A DNA stretch of 64,000 nucleotides from an uncultured Candidatus Rokubacteria bacterium. Lineage in GTDB: Bacteria; Methylomirabilota; Methylomirabilia; Rokubacteriales; DASRDR01. Shown here one piece after another: positions 46,929 through 57,946 of this stretch. Position numbers and translations under genes: made by a program. Location of the stretch: contig CAVPSB010000012.1 in assembly GCA_963708025.1 (NCBI GenBank), forward strand, positions 64,001 to 128,000, written 5' to 3'. The notes under the pieces were generated by a model. It worked only from the letters and a program-made list of their open reading frames with translations. It was not told where the DNA came from and made no database searches. Numbering within the stretch: the stretch's first letter is position 1; every line of letters begins with the position of its first letter.

Positions 46929-47165
46929 CATCCCGGGGCCCGTCTCCTGATCGAGGGGCACGCGGACGAGCGGGGCACCACAGTCCACAACCGGGACCTG
47001 GCCGAGCGGCGCGCCCGGGCGACGCGTGACGTCCTCGTCACCCGGGGGATCGCAGCTCCCCGTATCACCATCATGGCCTACGGCGAGGTGCGTTCCGTCT
47101 GCGCCGAGCGCAGTGATGCCTGCTGGGCCAGGAACCGCCGAGCCCGTTTCCTCGTGAAGGCCCAG
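46929..47165 (+). pseudogene. Pal/OmpA-like peptidoglycan-binding domain remnant
   Basis: HPGARLLIEGHADERGTTVHNRDLAERRA...MAYGE...CWARNRRARFLV; in-frame TAG at 46893 and no start codon before the domain. Confidence 0.7.
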
Positions 47166-47202
47166 CGGCGGCGGACGAGCCCAGCGCGGGGAGGTGGCGC
47201 GC

Positions 47203-48036
47203 ATGCCTCAGCGGTCGGCATCCCGGTGTCGAGCCCGTTGGATCGCGTTGGGCTGCGGCGGCACCCTGATGCTCGCCGTGGCATGTGCGACGACCACCGA
47301 AAAGGGCGCGGTAGGGATCGAGCGGCGTCAGCTGCTCCTGGTGTCGTCGGAAGAGATGAACCAGGGCGCCGCCCTCGCCTATCAGAAGATGCTGGGCCAG
47401 GCGCGTGGCAAGGGAGCGGTCAATCGCGATCCGGAGCAGGTGGCGCGGGTCCGGGCCATCGCCGCCCGCATCATTCCCCAGACGGGGGTGTTCCGGAAGG
47501 ATGCGCCCGGGTGGGAGTGGGAGGTCAACGTGATCTCGTCGCCGGAGGTGAACGCCTGGTGCATGCCGGGCGGCAAGATCGCGTTCTACACCGGCATCCT
47601 GGACAAGCTGAAGCTCACCGACGACGAGGTCGCCGCGATCATGGGTCACGAGATCGCGCACGCCCTGCGCGAGCACGGCCGCGAGCGCGCGTCCCAGCAG
47701 CTCGCCCAGAACACGGTGATCGGGCTCGGCGCGGCCATCCTCGGGATCGGTGGGGTGGCCGACCTCGCGAGCCTCGTCGCCGACGTGACGCTGGGTCTGC
47801 CGAACTCGCGAGGGCAGGAGACCGAGGCCGACCGCATCGGCGTGGAGCTGGCCGCCCGGGCGGGGTACGATCCGAGGGCGGCCGTCACGCTCTGGCGGAA
47901 GATGAGCGCCATTGGTGAGGGACAGTCGCCCCAGTGGCTCTCGACGCACCCGTCCCACGAGACCCGGATCCGGGACCTCGAAGCCTACGCGCAACGGGTG
48001 ATGCCGCTCTACGAGGAGGCGCGAGGGAAGCGCTAG
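47203..48036 (+). CDS. M48 family zinc metallopeptidase lipoprotein (start uncertain)
   Basis: NAWCMPGGK, HEIAH, ETEAD, LSTHP; LAVAC lipobox. Confidence 0.9.
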   Translation: MPQRSASRCRARWIALGCGGTLMLAVACATTTEKGAVGIERRQLLLVSSEEMNQGAALAYQKMLGQARGKGAVNRDPEQVARVRAIAARIIPQTGVFRKDAPGWEWEVNVISSPEVNAWCMPGGKIAFYTGILDKLKLTDDEVAAIMGHEIAHALREHGRERASQQLAQNTVIGLGAAILGIGGVADLASLVADVTLGLPNSRGQETEADRIGVELAARAGYDPRAAVTLWRKMSAIGEGQSPQWLSTHPSHETRIRDLEAYAQRVMPLYEEARGKR

Positions 48037-48127
48037 CCGGCCGCGCGGGCGGAGCATCTCGGGGCCGCTGGCGACCTCCGTGCCGCGACGGACGATCACG
48101 CCACCACACGACGGGGAGGGAGAGGCC

Positions 48128-48850
48128 ATGACCAACGGAGCGGGCTCGGACATCGTCGCGGATTTCCGGCTGGGTTTCGACCTGCTGAAGCGTTACCCGG
48201 TCATGGTGGCGCCGCCCCTCATCGCGATGGTGGTCGTCTTCCTCCTGATGTTCCTCCTCGGCGGCGGCGTGTTCGCCATGTTTGCGGTCGGCGGGCTCAC
48301 CGGCGGCGGGCCGGGAATGGCCGGGGCGATGGCGGGTGGCATTCTCCTCGGGCTCGTGTTCTTCGCCCTGGCCATGCTGATCAACCTGGTCTCCCATGCG
48401 GTGGTGGTCGTGATGGCCCGTGACGCCCTGGCCGGTCGGGAGCCTTCGATGGGGGACGCCTTCAACGCCGTCACCGCCCGGCTGAGCGACGTGGTGGTCG
48501 CCTCGGTGCTCTTCGCCGTCATCGTCGGCGTCCTCTCGCTCTTCCTCTTCATCCCGGGGCTCATCGCGGGGTTCTTCCTCATGTTCACGCTCCCGGCCGT
48601 CGTGCTCGATCGCTTCGGGGCCGTTGACGCCATCAAGCGCAGCGCGATCCTGGTCAAGGACAACCTGGGCCCCTGCCTGGGGCTCGTCATCGGCGCCATC
48701 GTTGCTGCCGTGATCATGGCCATCGTCTCGGCGATCCTCCACGTGGTGCCCCTGATCGGTCAGCTCGCGTCGGCGCTGTTGGCCGGGGCCTTCGTCGCCT
48801 ACCTGACGATCGTCGGGGTCCGGGTCTACCTGACCCTGCCCCGGCGCTGA
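48128..48850 (+). CDS. Integral membrane protein of unknown function
   Basis: SD GGAGAGG; about 5-6 hydrophobic segments; DAIKRS..LV pattern. Confidence 0.75.
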   Translation: MTNGAGSDIVADFRLGFDLLKRYPVMVAPPLIAMVVVFLLMFLLGGGVFAMFAVGGLTGGGPGMAGAMAGGILLGLVFFALAMLINLVSHAVVVVMARDALAGREPSMGDAFNAVTARLSDVVVASVLFAVIVGVLSLFLFIPGLIAGFFLMFTLPAVVLDRFGAVDAIKRSAILVKDNLGPCLGLVIGAIVAAVIMAIVSAILHVVPLIGQLASALLAGAFVAYLTIVGVRVYLTLPRR

Positions 48851-48867
48851 CGGCGGCCCCGCCCGGC

Positions 48868-49567
48868 ATGCCCGAGAGCGCCGCCGCCCAGCGCGTGCGG
48901 GCCCGCGCGATCATGGCCCGGCTGGAGAGGGCTTACCCCGACGCCACCATCGCGCTCCGGTTCGACACGCCGCTCCAGCTCCTGGTGGCGACGATCCTGG
49001 CTGCCCAGTGCACCGACGAGCGGGTCAACCAGGTCACGCCGGGCCTGTTCGCCACCTACCGCACGGCGGCCGACTTCGCGGGGGCGAGTCCGGCGACCCT
49101 CGAGGGCGAGGTCCGGTTCGACGGGGTTCTTCCGGGCCAAGACCCGGGCGATCATCGGGATGGCACAGGCCCTGGTCGAGCGCCACGGCGGTGAGGTGCC
49201 ACGGACGATGGAAGCGCTGACGGCGCTCCCCGGCGTCGGGCGCAAGACGGCCAACGTGGTGCTCGGCAACGCCTTCGGCGTCCCGGGGATCGCGGTCGAT
49301 ACCCACGTGTTCCGGGTATCCCAGCGGCTCGGCCTGGCCAAGGCCGACGACCCCGACCGGGTCGAGTCCCAGCTGGCCGAGGTGGTCCCCCGCCCCCGCT
49401 GGACCCGCTTCTGTCACCTGCTCCAGGCTCACGGCCGCCGGGTCTGCCTGGCCCGGAATCCGGCGTGCCCGACCTGCCCGCTCCGGGCCCTCTGCCCCTG
49501 GCCGGGCAAGACCGCCGCCCGATCCCCGGCCGCCGGCCGGCGGCCGGCGCGGACCCGTCGGGGTTGA
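48868..49567 (+). CDS. nth: Endonuclease III; frameshift near 49117
   Basis: LLVATILAAQCTDERVN, LPGVGRKTANVV, VDTHV, C..RNP.C..C.....C. Confidence 0.9.
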
Positions 49568-49592
49568 CACGATTTCCGACGTCGGCTATCGT
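49564..49592 (+). promoter_or_regulatory. sigma70 promoter of rplM-rpsI
   Basis: TTGACA (49564) - 17 nt - TATCGT (49587). Confidence 0.8.
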
Positions 49593-49696
49593 ATCGTGTT
49601 GCCTGAAAGCCGCCGGACTGACGGACAAAAAGAGGTGGGCCGACCCCCTCTTCCGGCCCGCGGAAAATTTCCTGGCGATCGGAGACAGGGTTCGAC

Positions 49697-50158
49697 ATGT
49701 CCACGCCCATGCCGAAGAAAGGCAGTGTCACCCGCAAGTGGTACGTCCTCGACGCCGACGGGAAGGTCCTCGGTCGGCTCGCCGCGCGGGTGGCCTCGCT
49801 CCTCATCGGAAAGCACAAGCCGATCTACGCGCCCCACGTTGACGTGGGCGATCACGTCGTGGTGATCAATGCGGCCAAGGTGCACCTCACCGGCCAGAAG
49901 CGCACCGACAAGGTCTACCGCCGGCACTCGGGGTACATCGGGGGCCTCCGCGAGGTCACGGCCGACACCATGCTCAAGACGCATCCGGAGCGGGTGGTCG
50001 AGTGGGCGGTGAGCGGGATGCTGCCGAAGACCAAGCTGGGGCGGGCCATGGCGAAGAAGCTCAAGGTCTATGGCGGGAGCGACCATCCGCACGCCGCCCA
50101 GCGTCCGGAAGCCCTCGAGTTCACCCGGACCCCGGCCAAGAGATCGAAGGAGTCGTGA
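49697..50158 (+). CDS. rplM: 50S ribosomal protein L13
   Basis: [32 protein letters not shown]. Confidence 0.97.
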   Translation: MSTPMPKKGSVTRKWYVLDADGKVLGRLAARVASLLIGKHKPIYAPHVDVGDHVVVINAAKVHLTGQKRTDKVYRRHSGYIGGLREVTADTMLKTHPERVVEWAVSGMLPKTKLGRAMAKKLKVYGGSDHPHAAQRPEALEFTRTPAKRSKES

Positions 50159-50553
50159 TGGCGGAGCTGCAGCGGTTCTACGGTACCGGCCGGCGGAAGA
50201 CCTCGGTGGCGCGCGTCTTCCTCCTGCCCGGTCAGGGACAGGTCACCATCAACAAGCGGACGTTCGAGGACTACTTCCCGCGGGAAGCCTTGCGGCTCAT
50301 GGTCGCCCAGCCGCTGGAGCTGACCGGGACGTCCGCGCAGCTCGACGTCCGGGTGAACGTCGCCGGCGGGGGACTCTCGGGCCAGGCCGGTGCCGTGCGG
50401 CACGGGATCGCGCGGGCGCTCCTCGAGTTCGACGGGAACCTCAGGCCCCAGCTCAAGAGGGCCGGGTTCCTGACCCGGGACCCCCGGATGAAGGAGCGAA
50501 AGAAGTACGGACAGCCGGGCGCGCGCAAGCGCTTCCAGTTCTCCAAGCGGTAG
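50158..50553 (+). CDS. rpsI: 30S ribosomal protein S9
   Basis: [30 protein letters not shown]. Confidence 0.97.
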   Translation: MAELQRFYGTGRRKTSVARVFLLPGQGQVTINKRTFEDYFPREALRLMVAQPLELTGTSAQLDVRVNVAGGGLSGQAGAVRHGIARALLEFDGNLRPQLKRAGFLTRDPRMKERKKYGQPGARKRFQFSKR

Positions 50554-50577
50554 CCGAGATCCGATCCGGAGGCGACG

Positions 50578-50608
50578 GGGGAAGGTCGACGCGACCTTCC
50601 CCATTTTT
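50578..50608 (+). terminator. Rho-independent terminator
   Basis: GGGGAAGGTCG-acg-CGACCTTCCCC followed by ATTTTT. Confidence 0.8.
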
Positions 50609-50625
50609 GTATGCGAGGTGGCGAG

Positions 50626-51693
50626 ATGACTGAGGTCTCCAAGACGAGCATCGCGGTCGCGGGAGCGACCGGGTACATGGGGGCGGAGCTCCTCCGCCTG
50701 CTGCTGGTGCACCCGAAGGTGCGCCTGACCGCCGTGATGGCGTCCGAGCGCTCGGCCGGCGTGCCGGTCGGCCGGCTCATCCCCAGCCTCAGGGGTCAGC
50801 TCTCCCTCACCGTCGAGCCGGTCGACGCCGAGCGGCTCGCCGCTCAGGCCGACTGCGTGATGCTGGCGCTGCCGTACGGCGAGACTCACCCGGTGGTGTC
50901 GGTGCTCCGCCGTCACGGCCGGCGGGTGATCGATCTCTCGTCCGACTACCGGCTCCGGAGCGCCGCCGAGTTCGAGGCCTGGTACCGGACGGCCCATACC
51001 GATCCCGAGGGCCTGGCCGAAGCGGTCTACGGGCTGCCCGAGCTGTACCGGAAGGAGATCGCCGCCAGCCGGCTCGTCGCCAATCCGGGCTGCTACCCGG
51101 TGGGCGCGCTGCTGGCGATCGTTCCCTTGATCAAGGCCGGGCTCGGCCGGCCGGACGGCATCATCATCGACTCGAAGTCCGGTGTCACCGGCGCCGGGTC
51201 GATGAGCCAGAAGCCGGACCCGATGTACCTCTTCGCGGAGCAGAACGAGAACCTGATGGCCTACGGGATCGCCAAGCATCGGCACACGCCGGAGATCGAG
51301 CAGGCGCTAGCCGGGATCGTCGGGTCCCCGGTCCCGGTGAGCTTCACGCCGCACCTGGTCCCCATGAACCGGGGCATCTTCACGACGGCCTACGTGTCGC
51401 TCGCGCGCCCGGCTTCGACGGCCGACTGCCTGGGAGTCTACCGGGAGGCGTACGCCGGCGAGCCCTTCGTGCGGGTGCTCGAGGAGGGGGAGCTGCCCCG
51501 GACGCGGGCGGTCCTCGGCTCGAACCTCTGCGACCTCACGGTGGTCGTGGACGAGCGGAACGGCCGGGCGGTCTGCCTGTCCGCCATCGACAACCTCGGC
51601 AAGGGCGGCGCCGCCAACGCGGTCCAGAACCTCAACATCATGCACGGCTGGGACGAGCGTACGGGTCTCGAAGCCCCCCCGGTGTACCCATGA
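50626..51693 (+). CDS. argC: N-acetyl-gamma-glutamyl-phosphate reductase
   Basis: GATGYMG, ANPGCYP, SGVTGAG, HRHTPEI, DNLGKG. Confidence 0.95.
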   Translation: MTEVSKTSIAVAGATGYMGAELLRLLLVHPKVRLTAVMASERSAGVPVGRLIPSLRGQLSLTVEPVDAERLAAQADCVMLALPYGETHPVVSVLRRHGRRVIDLSSDYRLRSAAEFEAWYRTAHTDPEGLAEAVYGLPELYRKEIAASRLVANPGCYPVGALLAIVPLIKAGLGRPDGIIIDSKSGVTGAGSMSQKPDPMYLFAEQNENLMAYGIAKHRHTPEIEQALAGIVGSPVPVSFTPHLVPMNRGIFTTAYVSLARPASTADCLGVYREAYAGEPFVRVLEEGELPRTRAVLGSNLCDLTVVVDERNGRAVCLSAIDNLGKGGAANAVQNLNIMHGWDERTGLEAPPVYP

Positions 51694-51752
51694 GCGGGCT
51701 CGGGCCGATACCCGTCGCAACCTCCATCTCGGCCGTGACGCGGTCGGCCTGG

Positions 51753-52010
51753 GTCGATTGACGGCCTCCGGCCTGTGGCGGACGGCCTTCGGCCTGGGGG
51801 CGGACGTCCCGGCCTATGGTCGTCCTCGGTCGTCGACGGGCCTCCCGCAAGGGAGCGACGCCCGGAGGGCCGAAGGCCCGGAGCGTCGCGACCAGGTGGT
51901 CAATCGCGGCATACGCCTCGGCCCGCCTCCTCCCTGCGTCGATTGGACGGCCTTCGGCCTGTGGCGGACGGCCTTCGGCCTGAGGGGGCTGCTCGGGTCT
52001 CGGCCCGGTA
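51753..52010. repeat. Intergenic repeat cluster with two head-to-tail dimers of the 21-nt unit
   Basis: Units at 51758-51778, 51779-51799, 51944-51964 and 51965-51985; scaffold similar to 17290-17370. Confidence 0.85.
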
Positions 52011-52065
52011 CCACGGCCAGCGTGCCAAACATGTCTTACGCGAGGGTTGACCCATGAGTGGCGCG

Positions 52066-53286
52066 ATGGCCGACCTCGAGTGGCTGGAGGGGGGGATCAC
52101 CGCCGTTCCCGGCATCTTCGGGGCCGGTCTCCACTGCGGGATCAAGCCGACGCCGGGCGCGCGTGACCTGGCGCTGGTCTACTCGTCGGCGCCGGCGACG
52201 GTTGCCGGCGTGTTCACCACCAACCGCGTCCAGGGGGCGCCGGTCAAGGTCACCCGGGAGCGCGTGCGAAGCGGCGTCGCCCAGGCCATCGTCGCCTCCA
52301 GCGGCTGCTCCAACGTCTGCACGGGAGAGCAGGGGCTCCGCGACGCCCGGGAGATGACCGACGTCGTTGCCCGCGAGCTGCGCATCCCGGAGGAGCGGGT
52401 CCTGGTCGCCTCGACCGGCATCATCGGCCGGTATCTGCCGATGGATCGGATCCGCCCGGCTCTGCCCAAGCTCGTCAAGGCGCTCTCGCCGCGACCCCAG
52501 GGCAGCCGGCACGCCGCCGAAGGCATCATGACGACGGACACGCATCCCAAGGAGGCTGCCCTGCGGGTGGACATCGGGGGCCGGCCGATCACCATCGGCG
52601 CCATCGCCAAGGGCACGGGGATGATCCACCCTATGATGGCGACCATGTTCTGCTTCGTGGCGACCGATCTGGCGGTGGACCGGGACGCCCTCCAGGCCGC
52701 CCTCCGGCGGGCGGTCGGCGGCTCCTTCAACCGGATCAGCGTCGATGGCGACCGGAGCACCAGCGACAGCGTGCTGGTCCTGGCCAACGGGCTGGCTGAG
52801 AACCGACGGCTGGCCCGGGGCGACCGGCGGCTCCGGATCTTCCAGCAGGCGCTCGACGCCATCACCCAGCGGCTGGCTGTCATGCAGGTCCGGGACGGCG
52901 AGGGCGCCACCTGCGTGGTCGACATCCAGGTCCGCGGCGCCAAGACCCGGCGGGACGCCGAGGTGGCGGCCCGGGCCGTCGCCAACTCCCCGCTCTTCAA
53001 GACCGCGCTGGCCGGCCGGGACCCGAACTGGGGCCGGATCATGTCGGCGATCGGCGCCTCCGGCGTGGCGGTGCAGGAGGAGCGGATCGGCATCTGGTAC
53101 GGCGACGAGCAGGTGGCGGCGAACGGCAAGCCGAAGGACGAGGTCCGCTGGGAGCGGGTGAAGGCCGAGCTGGCCCGGCCCGACATCACGGTGGCGGTGG
53201 ACCTGGGCCTGGGCGGCGCCCACGATCACGTCTGGACCTGCGACCTGACCCAGGACTACGTTAAGATAAACACGGGCACCAGTTGA
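52066..53286 (+). CDS. argJ: Ornithine acetyltransferase
   Basis: AGVFTTN, STGIIG, IMTTDT, KG.GMIHP.MATM, DGEGAT, TCDLT..YV.IN; alternative ATG 52054. Confidence 0.95.
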   Translation: MADLEWLEGGITAVPGIFGAGLHCGIKPTPGARDLALVYSSAPATVAGVFTTNRVQGAPVKVTRERVRSGVAQAIVASSGCSNVCTGEQGLRDAREMTDVVARELRIPEERVLVASTGIIGRYLPMDRIRPALPKLVKALSPRPQGSRHAAEGIMTTDTHPKEAALRVDIGGRPITIGAIAKGTGMIHPMMATMFCFVATDLAVDRDALQAALRRAVGGSFNRISVDGDRSTSDSVLVLANGLAENRRLARGDRRLRIFQQALDAITQRLAVMQVRDGEGATCVVDIQVRGAKTRRDAEVAARAVANSPLFKTALAGRDPNWGRIMSAIGASGVAVQEERIGIWYGDEQVAANGKPKDEVRWERVKAELARPDITVAVDLGLGGAHDHVWTCDLTQDYVKINTGTS

Positions 53287-53295
53287 TGCCCGATC

Positions 53296-53364
53296 CCGCA
53301 CGCGCCCCAGCATCGGTGGCGACGACCTGACGGCGTCGGCCCGGGGCGCGGAGGCGAAAACCGA
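53296..53364 (+). ncRNA. rpsB leader (t44-like, S2 autoregulatory element)
   Basis: Stem CGCGCCCC/GGGGCGCG (53301-08/53343-50) followed by GAGGCGAAAACC, immediately upstream of rpsB. Confidence 0.65.
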
Positions 53365-53379
53365 AGCCAAGGAGGCGGA

Positions 53380-54174
53380 ATGTCCCAGATCACGATGAAG
53401 GAGCTGCTGGAGGCCGGGGTCCACTTCGGTCACCAGACGAAGCGCTGGAACCCGAAGATGGCGAAGTACATCTTCGGCGAGCGGAACGGGATCTACATCA
53501 TCGATCTCCAGAAGACGTTGAAGAAGTTCCGGGAGGCGTACCTGTTCACCCGCAACCTGGCCGCCGAGGGCGGGAGCGTGCTCTTCGTCGGCACCAAGAA
53601 GCAGGCGCAGGAGACGATCGCCGAGGAATCCGCCCGCTGCGGGATGTTCTTCGTGAACCAGCGGTGGCTCGGCGGCACCCTGACGAACTTCACCACCATT
53701 CGGAAGTCGATCAACCACCTCAAGCGCCTGGACGAGATGCAGGAGACCGGCGAGTTCGAACGGCTCCCGAAGAAGGAGGTGCTCGGGCTCGAGCGGGAGC
53801 GCGCGAAGCTCGAGAAGGCGCTGTCCGGGATCAAGCAGATGGAGCGGCTGCCGTCGGCAGTGTACATCATCGATCCCCGCAAGGAGCGGATCGCGGTGGC
53901 CGAAGCCCAGAAGCTGACGATCCCGATCATCGCGATCGTCGACACGAACTGCGACCCGACGGGCATCGACTACCCGGTGCCCGGCAACGACGACGCCATC
54001 CGGGCGATCCGCCTCATCACCTCCCGGATCGCGGATGCCGTGATCGAGGGGCAGGGCGCCGTGAGCAAGGGTGGGGGCGGGGAGACGCCGGCCGAGCCGG
54101 AACTGCCGGCGGCCCCCGTGGCTGTCGCGGCGGAGATGCCCGGAGTCGAGGAGCCGGTGTCCGCCAGCTCCTAG
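53380..54174 (+). CDS. rpsB: 30S ribosomal protein S2
   Basis: [32 protein letters not shown]. Confidence 0.97.
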   Translation: MSQITMKELLEAGVHFGHQTKRWNPKMAKYIFGERNGIYIIDLQKTLKKFREAYLFTRNLAAEGGSVLFVGTKKQAQETIAEESARCGMFFVNQRWLGGTLTNFTTIRKSINHLKRLDEMQETGEFERLPKKEVLGLERERAKLEKALSGIKQMERLPSAVYIIDPRKERIAVAEAQKLTIPIIAIVDTNCDPTGIDYPVPGNDDAIRAIRLITSRIADAVIEGQGAVSKGGGGETPAEPELPAAPVAVAAEMPGVEEPVSASS

Positions 54175-54230
54175 CGTTACGGGGGTCGCGAGAGGCGCCC
54201 CGGTCGATCCCGAGGAGGAGTCCAGGAACC

Positions 54231-55620
<1,390 letters not shown>

Positions 55621-55640
55621 TCCGGGATCGAGGTAGAGAC

Positions 55641-56207
55641 ATGGCGACGACGACGCAAGCGGTCCACAAAGACGCCGAGACCCGGATGCAGGGGGCGATC
55701 GACACGCTCGGGCGCGAGTTCGCCGGGGTCCGGACCGGTCGGGCGAGCACGGCCCTCCTCGAGCACATCCGGGTCGACTACTACAACACGCTGACGCCCG
55801 TCTCCCAGGTGGCCAGCCTGTCGGTGCCCGACCCCCGCACGCTCCTGATCCAGCCCTGGGACGCCAGCCTCCTCTCCAAGATCGAGAAGGCGGTCCAGAA
55901 GTCGGATCTCGGGTTGACTCCCGCCAACGACGGCAAGGTGATCCGCCTGAGCATGCCGCCGCTGAACGAGGAGCGCCGGAAGCAGCTGGCCAAGGCGGTC
56001 GGCAAGCTCGCCGAGGAGGGTCGGGTGGCGGTGCGGAACATCCGTCGCGAGGCGAAAGACAAGCTCCGCGCCCTGGGCAAGGACAAGAAGATCTCCGAGG
56101 ACGACGAGAAGCGCGGCGAGACGGAGCTGCAGAAGTTGACCGACCGCTTCATCCAGCGGGTGGACGAGCTCCTCGAGAAGAAGGAGCAGGAGATCCTCGA
56201 GTTTTGA
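55641..56207 (+). CDS. frr: Ribosome recycling factor
   Basis: RTGRAS, DLGLTP.NDG, EERRKQL, VRNIRR. Confidence 0.96.
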   Translation: MATTTQAVHKDAETRMQGAIDTLGREFAGVRTGRASTALLEHIRVDYYNTLTPVSQVASLSVPDPRTLLIQPWDASLLSKIEKAVQKSDLGLTPANDGKVIRLSMPPLNEERRKQLAKAVGKLAEEGRVAVRNIRREAKDKLRALGKDKKISEDDEKRGETELQKLTDRFIQRVDELLEKKEQEILEF

Positions 56208-57022
56208 CCGCCCCGGGGCCCGGGGGGGAGCGGGCGTTCGGCGCTGACGGGCTGGTATCCGGACACCCGGAGCCGCCGACGTCGACCGAGCCGGACGCCG
56301 AGCTGCTGGACAGCCTCCGCGAGCGGCCCCTCCCTCGCCACGTCGCCATCATCATGGACGGGAACGGCCGGTGGGCCGGCACCCGCGGCCTGCCGAGAGT
56401 CGCCGGGCACCGCGAAGGGGTCAAGGCGGCCCGGGCGACGGTTCGGACCGCCTCCCGGCTGGGCCTCGAGTACCTCACGCTGTACGCCTTCTCGTCCGAG
56501 AACTGGACCCGGCCGGTCGCCGAGGTCGACTTCCTCATGCGGCTCCTCGAGAGCTCGGTGGACGCGGAGTTGCCCGAGCTCTCCCGAAACAACGTCCGAC
56601 TGCGGGTGCTCGGCGAGACCAGCGGCCTCGCGGCCGGGGTGCGGGCGGCCATCGACCGGGCGATGAGGGCCACCGCCGGGAACTCCGGCCTGACGCTCCT
56701 GATCGCGCTGAATTACGGGGGGCGACGGGAGCTGGTCCGGGCGATCCAGACGGTCGCCGGCCGGGTGGCGCGCGGGGAGCTCCGACCCGAGACCATCGGC
56801 GAGGGAGAGGTGACGGCGGCGCTCGACACGGCGGGCATGCCCGATCCGGACCTCCTCATCCGGACGAGCGGCGAGTTCCGCCTCTCGAACTTCCTGCTCT
56901 GGCAGGTCGCCTACACGGAGCTCCTGGTCTTGCCGGTCCTCTGGCCCGACTTCTCCCCCCGGGACCTCTGCCTGGCGGTGGCGGAGTATCAGCGCAGGAG
57001 TCGCCGCTTCGGCGGCGTCTGA
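56204..57022 (+). CDS. uppS: Isoprenyl transferase (undecaprenyl diphosphate synthase)
   Basis: HVAIIMDGNGRWA, AFSSENW.R, IRTSGEFRLSNFLLWQ, RRFG. Confidence 0.95.
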   Translation: MTAPGPGGERAFGADGLVSGHPEPPTSTEPDAELLDSLRERPLPRHVAIIMDGNGRWAGTRGLPRVAGHREGVKAARATVRTASRLGLEYLTLYAFSSENWTRPVAEVDFLMRLLESSVDAELPELSRNNVRLRVLGETSGLAAGVRAAIDRAMRATAGNSGLTLLIALNYGGRRELVRAIQTVAGRVARGELRPETIGEGEVTAALDTAGMPDPDLLIRTSGEFRLSNFLLWQVAYTELLVLPVLWPDFSPRDLCLAVAEYQRRSRRFGGV

Positions 57023-57098
57023 GGGGTCAGGCCTTTCAATCTTGCCTTTCCGTCTCGGCCGATACTTCGAGATTGTATAGATTGAAAGGCCTGACCCC
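57023..57098. repeat. Perfect 20-bp inverted repeat element (REP/REPIN-like)
   Basis: GGGGTCAGGCCTTTCAATCT (57023-42) / AGATTGAAAGGCCTGACCCC (57079-98), 36-nt spacer. Confidence 0.85.
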
Positions 57099-57915
57099 AC
57101 TCCTTCAGCGCGTGGTGATCGCCGTCGTCGGCATCCCGCTGGTCGTGATCGTCGTCGCGTTCGGCCCGTCCTGGCTGTTCACGGGCCTCATTCTCGGGCT
57201 GGTCCTGGTCGGCCAGTGGGAGCTGTACCGGATGTTCGCCCGGGTCGGGGTTCGGGCCGACGCCGGCTCGGGTCTCCTCCTCGGGAGCGTCGTGGTCCTG
57301 GCCTTCGCCCTCGACGGAGCCACCCGACCCTGGCTGGTGCCGCTGGCGCTCTCGCTCGCGGTGGCGGGAACCCTCGCGCTCGGGCTCCGTCGCGTGGTCG
57401 GGCCCCGGCTGGACTCGGCCGGGATCGCGCTGACGCTGCTGGGCATCTGCTACTGCGCCTGGCTGCTGGGCCACGCCATCTGGCTGCGGGCGCTGCCGCA
57501 TGGCGCCGGACTGACCGTGCTCGTGCTCGGCGTCACCTGGTGCGGGGAAACGGCGGCCTATTTCGTCGGCCGACGCTGGGGGCGGCGGAAGCTGGCGCCC
57601 CGGATCAGCCCGGGGAAGACCGTCGAGGGCGGCATCGCGCAGGTGGTGGCGTCGGTCGGCGCCGGCCTGGTTGCCGCGCTCTGGGCGCCGCTCCCGGCCA
57701 TCACGCCGCTCCACGGCCTCGGGATCGGCGCGACACTGGGACTGCTCGGCCAGGTCGGCGACCTGGCCGAGTCGTTTCTCAAGCGCAGCGCCGAGACCAA
57801 GGACGCCAGCGGGCTCATTCCGGGGCACGGCGGCCTGCTCGATCGGCTGGACTCCTTGCTCTTCAACGTGCCGGCCCTGTATTATTATGTGAAAGTTTTT
57901 GCTAGCGCTTCATGA
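57082..57915 (+). CDS. cdsA: Phosphatidate cytidylyltransferase (start uncertain)
   Basis: KLAPRISPGKTVEG, GDLAESFLKR, IPGHGGLLDRLDS. Confidence 0.92.
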   Translation: MKGLTPLLQRVVIAVVGIPLVVIVVAFGPSWLFTGLILGLVLVGQWELYRMFARVGVRADAGSGLLLGSVVVLAFALDGATRPWLVPLALSLAVAGTLALGLRRVVGPRLDSAGIALTLLGICYCAWLLGHAIWLRALPHGAGLTVLVLGVTWCGETAAYFVGRRWGRRKLAPRISPGKTVEGGIAQVVASVGAGLVAALWAPLPAITPLHGLGIGATLGLLGQVGDLAESFLKRSAETKDASGLIPGHGGLLDRLDSLLFNVPALYYYVKVFASAS

Positions 57916-57946
57916 TGAAACAAGACTGCGTGATGGGTGGCACCGC

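Noticed and set aside
49100-49130. Programmed frameshifting in nth or other split genes
   Set aside because: No slippery heptamer or shared stimulatory signal; sequencing error is more parsimonious.
51753-51990. CRISPR array
   Set aside because: Units abut without spacers or are irregularly spaced, are dispersed on both strands, and no cas genes are present.
52300-52780. Deviant ArgJ motifs (SSGCSN, DGDRSTSD)
   Set aside because: The autoprocessing ATM site and overall motifs are intact; likely lineage variation.
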